From assembly GCF_009914755.1 (NCBI RefSeq), contig NC_060929.1: 64,000 nt of DNA; one strand, given 5' to 3'. The position numbers and the translations under genes were made by a program. Within the stretch, counting starts at the first letter, position 1; each line of letters opens with the position of its first letter. Under the pieces are notes generated by a model. The model made no database searches, was not told where the DNA came from, and saw only the letters and a program-made list of their open reading frames with translations. Shown here one piece after another: positions 58,641 through 64,000 of this stretch. Source of the stretch: the human T2T-CHM13v2.0 reference genome, Homo sapiens.

Positions 58641-60240
58641 AATGATCAGCTGGATGCGTATATGGCAAGTGGCGAGAAGCCAAGGGAATAGGACAAGAGT
58701 CCTATTGTGCTCCTTGCCTGAAGAAAACCTCTTGCAAGAATCATCGGCTGTTCTTGAGGGTGCCTTTGCCTTGGATTCGCCAAAAATTCTTCTGTTTCTT
58801 TTGTGTGAAAATTTTCCCCTCATACACAGCAATGGGCACTAAGAATGCATATATCCAGACTTTTCAGGTTACAGGATGGCATCTCAGATATAGTCTTCCT
58901 TTGATCTATATACTATGAAGCCATAATTGCTTAGCCAGTATCTTTTTCAGGATTTACTCCATATTTCTTATTCTAGGCCTTTCAGGTGGCAGCTGCACTG
59001 GCTTTCAGATATAATTTAGAATTTAGTTTCGGATTTGTAAAGCTACTCATGCTGCAGATCTTCTCTGAAACATTTCTGTCACATTTTAGAAAGCTTTACA
59101 TTTTCGTCTGCTAACGATTTTCATCTGCCAAAGAGCTCATCTACTTAAAAAGCAGATCACTGAAGCCACACTTGGCACATATTACTTTGGCTTATTTTCT
59201 TTTGATTTTTTTGCTTTGCTGGGATTACTTATTTATGAAGAAAGAGAGAATATTGACTTCTTATTTTAGAAGAGAGGATATTACTTGGGTTGAGAGTTCT
59301 AGTTATATAAAATGTATTTATCTAAGTTGTTAACTATATCAAAAATGGAGCAGTCAATCTTTGGAAATAGTTCAGGGTGAAATGTTTTTAGCATGTTCAC
59401 ATATTCTCTTTGCTGTTTTTAAATAATTTGGCAAAGCTTATTTGCATTTCCCAAATTAACAATTTTGGCCAAGAGGAAAAGCTAAAGTGTTGGTTTTTCT
59501 CAGCTCAACTTTTTGGGTGTAATTAATTTATAAGCAAGATTTTATGAAGGGAGAACAGATAGGACCTTTCTACAAAGTCCCTGAGCCAAAATAAACACCC
59601 CATTGTTCCATCGTTTTGTATTGCACATAGGAAAACATCCATCCCTATCATTATTCTGTTAAAGGGACACAGATTACCAGATTTGTAATTTTAAAAAAGG
59701 CCATTTGTTGATTGAGCCACTTTGCGTATAAAGGGTGGTATATGTTGCCTGCCGAATTTCTGTACAAGAAAAAAATCATATATCAAAAAAATTTTTCTCA
59801 TTCATCATATAAGAAATTTATGCATTTTAGTATGTACCAGAAGAAATGGCTTTGGCATTTTCTGTTTTTAGCAGTCTGTTGAAATTTCTTCATTAAAGAC
59901 ATTTTCTGTTTGAAGGTTAAAATGACCATATAAATACAGATTAATTCAGTTTTAATAGGTGCATCTTCCTGTCATTTACCACTTTCTCTCCTCAATATCA
60001 GCTACAGTGATCAACATATATTTAGCAGTGAAACTGATATATTCTGTTTATCTTCAAATCATAAGCTTTTTGTTTAAATACAAAGGAAAATCTTATACCT
60101 CTGATTTTAATATGACAAATCAAAAAGTCCACACCAAACTCCCAACTCATCCCAAAAAAGAGATTGCTATCTACTCATCACTGTTCTCTGCTTCTAAGAT
60201 TTGTTTCCCTTGGGGTTACTGTTTGAGCAACTTTTCTTAC

Positions 60241-60318
60241 TTCCAAGATTGTTTTTGTGGTTTTAAGAAAGAATCTGAATTCCAAGATTATTTTTCTGGT
60301 TTTAAGAAAGAGTCTGAA
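60241..60318. repeat. 39-bp tandem duplication (3 mismatches)
   Basis: ttccaagatt(g/a)ttttt(g/c)tggttttaagaaaga(a/g)tctgaa x2. Confidence 0.95.
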
Positions 60319-60795
60319 AATCTAGAGATTACTTACCTTGTGGTGAGGTGGTTGTCTATGCTTCTGTTCAACAAAGGCCTCATGTACTGAATGGAAAAAA
60401 AGCATCAGGACCTATAATTTTCTAGGCATTATGCAAGATAATAGAGGAGACAAAAATGATGTCTTGCTTCAAAGTCTTAGATCTATTTCCCTTTGGGGGT
60501 TGAGGAATGAGAAAGAGATTTTTAGATGAAAAACAGGAAGCCCAATGAGGACGTGTGGCAATAGTTCCTAAAATGAGCAAAGAGATAAACTTACTCTTTT
60601 ATATGATTACAACCAAATCACACACTGGTGAGTTTCAAAACAGTAGTTTTCATTTAGAAAGCAAATTAAGTGGAATAATTCAACTGAGTTTCACTGCAAT
60701 GGGATTCATTCTAGATGGTTCAACTCTGGAATTAGAAACAATATCTAAGGATGTTGCTGATAGTAGTCAGCAGATAAATACCAGTAAGTCGTATA

Positions 60796-63700
60796 CAGGT
60801 ATACATCATTTTATTGTGATTTGCTTTATTGTGTTTTGTAGATAATTGTGTTTTTACAAATTGAAGGTTTGTTGCAACCCTGTAACGAGCAAGTCTTCTG
60901 GCTCCATTTTTCCAATGACTTGTGCTCATTTTGAGTCTCTGTGTTACATATTGGTAATCCTTGCAATGTTTCAAACTTTTTTATTATTATTATATCTGTT
61001 TTGGTGATCTGTGATGAGTGACGTTTGATGCTATTATTATGTTGTTTTGGCACACCATGAATTGCACCCATATAAGGTGGGGAACTTAATCACTAAATGT
61101 TGTGTGTGTTCTGACTGCTTCACTGAATGGCTCTTCCCCTATCTCTCTCCCTCTCCTCTGGCTTCCCTATTCCCTGAAACACAACAATATTGAAATTAGG
61201 AGCGTTAATAATGCTACAATGACCTCTACGTGTCTGACATGGTTTGGTTGTGTCCCCAACCAAATCTCAACTTGAATTGTATTTCCCAGAATTTCCATGT
61301 GTTATGGGAGGCACCCAGGGGGTGGTAATTGAATCATGGGAGCCAGTCTTTCCCATGCTATTCTCATGATTGTGAGTAAGTCTCACTAGATCTGATGGGT
61401 TTATCAGGGGTTTCCACTTTTGCTTCTTCCTCATTTTTCTCTTGCCACCACCATGTAAAAAGGGCCTTTTGCCCCCAGCCATGATTCTGAGGCCTCCCAA
61501 GGCATGTGGAACTGTAAGTCCCATTAAAGCTATTTTTGTTCCCAGTTTCTGGTACGTCTTTATCAGCAGCATGAAAACAAACTAATACAGTAAATTGGTA
61601 CCAGTAGAGTGGGGTATTGCTGAAAAGATACCCAAAAATGTGGAAGTGACTTTGGAACTGGGTAACTGGCAGAGTTTGGAAGAGTTTGGAGGGCTCAGAA
61701 GAAGACAGGAAAATGTGGGAAAGTTTGGAACTTCCTAGGGACTTATTGAATAACTTTGACCCAACAGCCTGATAACGATATGGACAATAAAGTCCAGGCT
61801 GAGGTGGTTTCAGTTGGAGATGAGGAACTTGTTGGGAACTGGAGAAAATATGACTCTTGTTATGTTTTAGCAAAAAGACTGGCAGCATTTTGCCCTAGAG
61901 ATTCATGGAACTTTGAAAGTGAGAGATGATTTAGGGTAACTGGCAGAAGAAATTTCTAAACAACAAAGCATTCAAGAGGTGAATGCTTGGGTGCCATTAA
62001 AAGCATTTCATTGTGAAAGGGAAACAGAGCATAAAAGTTCAGAAAATTTGCAGCATGACAATGCAGTAGAAAAGGAAAACCCATTTTTTGAGGAGAAATT
62101 CAAGCCGGCTGCAGAAATTTGCATGAGTAGCAAGGAGCCTAATGTTAATCCCCTAGACCATGGGGAAAATGTCTCCAGGCCATGTCGGAGACCTTCATGG
62201 CAGACCTCCCATCACAGACCCAGAGGCCCAGGAGGAAAAATTGTTTTTCTGGGCCAGGCCCAGGGTCCCTGTGCTATATGCAGCCTAAGGACTTGGTGCT
62301 CTATGTCCCAGCTGCTCCAGCTGTGGCTGAAAAGGGCCAACACAGAGCTCAGGCTGTGGCTTCAGAGGGTGGAAGCCCCAAGCCTTGGCAGCTTCCATAT
62401 GGTATTGAGCCTGTGGGTGCACAAAAGTCAAGAACTGAGGTTTGGGAACCTCCGCCTAGATTTCGGAAGATGTACGGAAATGCCTGGATGCCCAGGCAAA
62501 AGTTTGCTGCAGAGTTGGGGCCCTCATGGAGAACCTGTGCTAGGGCAGTGCAGAAAGGAAATGTGGGGTCAGAGCCCCCACACAGAGTCCCTGCTGGGGC
62601 ACTGCCTAGTGAAGCTGTGAGAAGAGGGCCACTGTCCTCCAGACCCCAGAATGGTAGATCCACCAACAGCTTGCACTGTGCTGCTGGAAAAGCCGCAGTC
62701 ACTCAATGCCAGCCCATGAAAGCAGACAGGAGGGAGACTGTACTCTGCAAAGCCTCAGAGTAGAGCCGCTCAAGACCATGGGAACCCACCTCTTCCATCA
62801 GCGTGACCTGGATGTGAGACATGGAGTCAAAGGAGATCATTTTTGAGCTTTAAAGTTTGACTGCCCTGCGGCATTTCAGACTTGCATGGACCCTGTAATC
62901 CTAATCCTATTGTTTTGTCCAATTTCTTCCATTTGGAACAGCTGTATTTACCCAATACCTGTTGTATCTAGGAAGTAACTAGCTTGCTTCTGATTTTACA
63001 GGCTTATAGGCAGAAAAGATTTGCCTTGTCTAAGGTAAGACTTTGGACTGTGGACTTTTGGGTTAATGCTGAAATGAATTAAGACTTTGGGGGACTGCTG
63101 AGAAGGCATTATTGGTTTTAAAATGTGAAGACATGAGATTTGGAGGGGCCAGGGCCAGAATGATATGGTTTGGCTGTGTCCCCACCCAAATCTCACCTTG
63201 AATTGTATCTCCCAGAATTCCCACAGGTTGTGGGAGGGACCCAGGGGGAGGTAATTGAATCATGGGGGCCAGTCTTTCCTGTGCTGTTCTCATGATAGTG
63301 CATAAGTCTCCTGAGATCTGAGGGGTTTATCAGAGGTTTCTGCTTTCGCTTCTTCCTCATTTTTCTCTTGCCGCCACCATGTAAGAAGAGTCTTTTGCCT
63401 CCTGCCATGATTTGGAGGGCTCCCATACATGTGGAACTGTAAGTCCAATTAAACCTCTTTTTGTTTCCAGTTTCAGATATGTCTTTATCAGCAGCATGAA
63501 AACAAACTAATACAGTGTCCAAGTGAAAGGAAAAGTCACATGTCTCTCACTTTAAATTAATTAAGCTTAGTGAGGAAGGCATGTTGAAAGCCAATATAGG
63601 CTAAAAGCTAGGCCTCTTGCACCAAAGAGTTATCCAAGTTGTGAATGCAAAGGAAAAGTTATTGAAGGAAATTAAAAGTCTACTCCAGTGAATACATAAG

Positions 63701-64000
63701 TTATTAAAAAAAAAAAAGTGACACAGCCTTAGTGCTGATATGGAGAAAGTTTGAGTGGTCTGGATAGAAAATCAAACCAACCACAACATTTTCTTAAGCC
63801 AAAGCCTAATCCAGAGCAAGGCCCTGACTCTCTTCAGTTTTATGTAAGCTGAGAGAGAAAGCTACAGAAGAAATGTTGGAAGCTAGCAGAGGTTGGAAAT
63901 TTAAGAAGCCATCTGTGTAATAACATAAAAGTACAAGATGAACCAGCAGGTGCTAATTTAGAAGGTGCAGAAAGTTATCCAGAAGATATAGCTAAGATCA
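60796..64000 (+). mobile_element. Tigger1 DNA transposon (left TIR and transposase 5' region), split by THE1A and continuing beyond the window
   Basis: TA|caggtatacatcattttattg left end; ttacaaattgaaggtttg; ATG at 61219; resumes at 63520 with caagtgaaaggaaaagtc...aagcttagtgaggaaggcatg...gctgatatggagaaagt. Confidence 0.92.
61235..63514 (+). mobile_element. Complete THE1A (ERVL-MaLR) element: 5'LTR 61235-61589, internal 61590-63160, 3'LTR 63161-63514
   Basis: Two ~355-bp TG...CA LTRs, internal start gtaaattggtaccagtagagtgggg, polypurine tract before the 3'LTR, perfect 5-bp TSD gtgtc at 61230-61234 and 63515-63519. Confidence 0.95.

Noticed and set aside
59959-60390. 143-aa ORF with an internal repeat
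   Set aside because: GTG start, AT-rich; the peptide repeat just reflects the 39-bp duplication.
61364-63522. ORFs of 100-213 aa
   Set aside because: All lie within THE1A LTR/internal sequence; degenerate MaLR frames, several without a true ATG.

Overview
This is human/primate genomic DNA, AT-rich and repeat-dense, with no intact protein-coding gene, RNA gene or CRISPR array that I can support. It looks like part of a very large intron or intergenic region. My unverified recollection is that it is intron 1 of GHR on 5p. The most informative part is 2.8-6.5 kb: a SERBP1 processed pseudogene (minus strand) split by a near full-length ZNF35 processed pseudogene, each with its own target-site duplication (TSD), poly(A) signal and A-tail. 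The ZNF35 copy appears to come from an exon-skipped mRNA and still has a 366-codon ATG-initiated ORF spanning the whole 11-finger array. The SERBP1 copy has a large 3' internal deletion bridged by about 26 bp copied from genomic DNA 700 bp away. The rest comprises a full-length L1PA4/early-L1PA3 (with ORF0 and the ZNF93-target segment), about 12 Alus (including an AluYa5 and two Alus sharing one target site), a complete THE1A provirus nested in Tigger1, older MIR/L2/L3/hAT fossils, and several short local duplications. Family and gene assignments come from remembered consensus and protein sequences, not from searches. I found no evidence of a new biological system; the notable items are retrotransposition and DNA-repair signatures.
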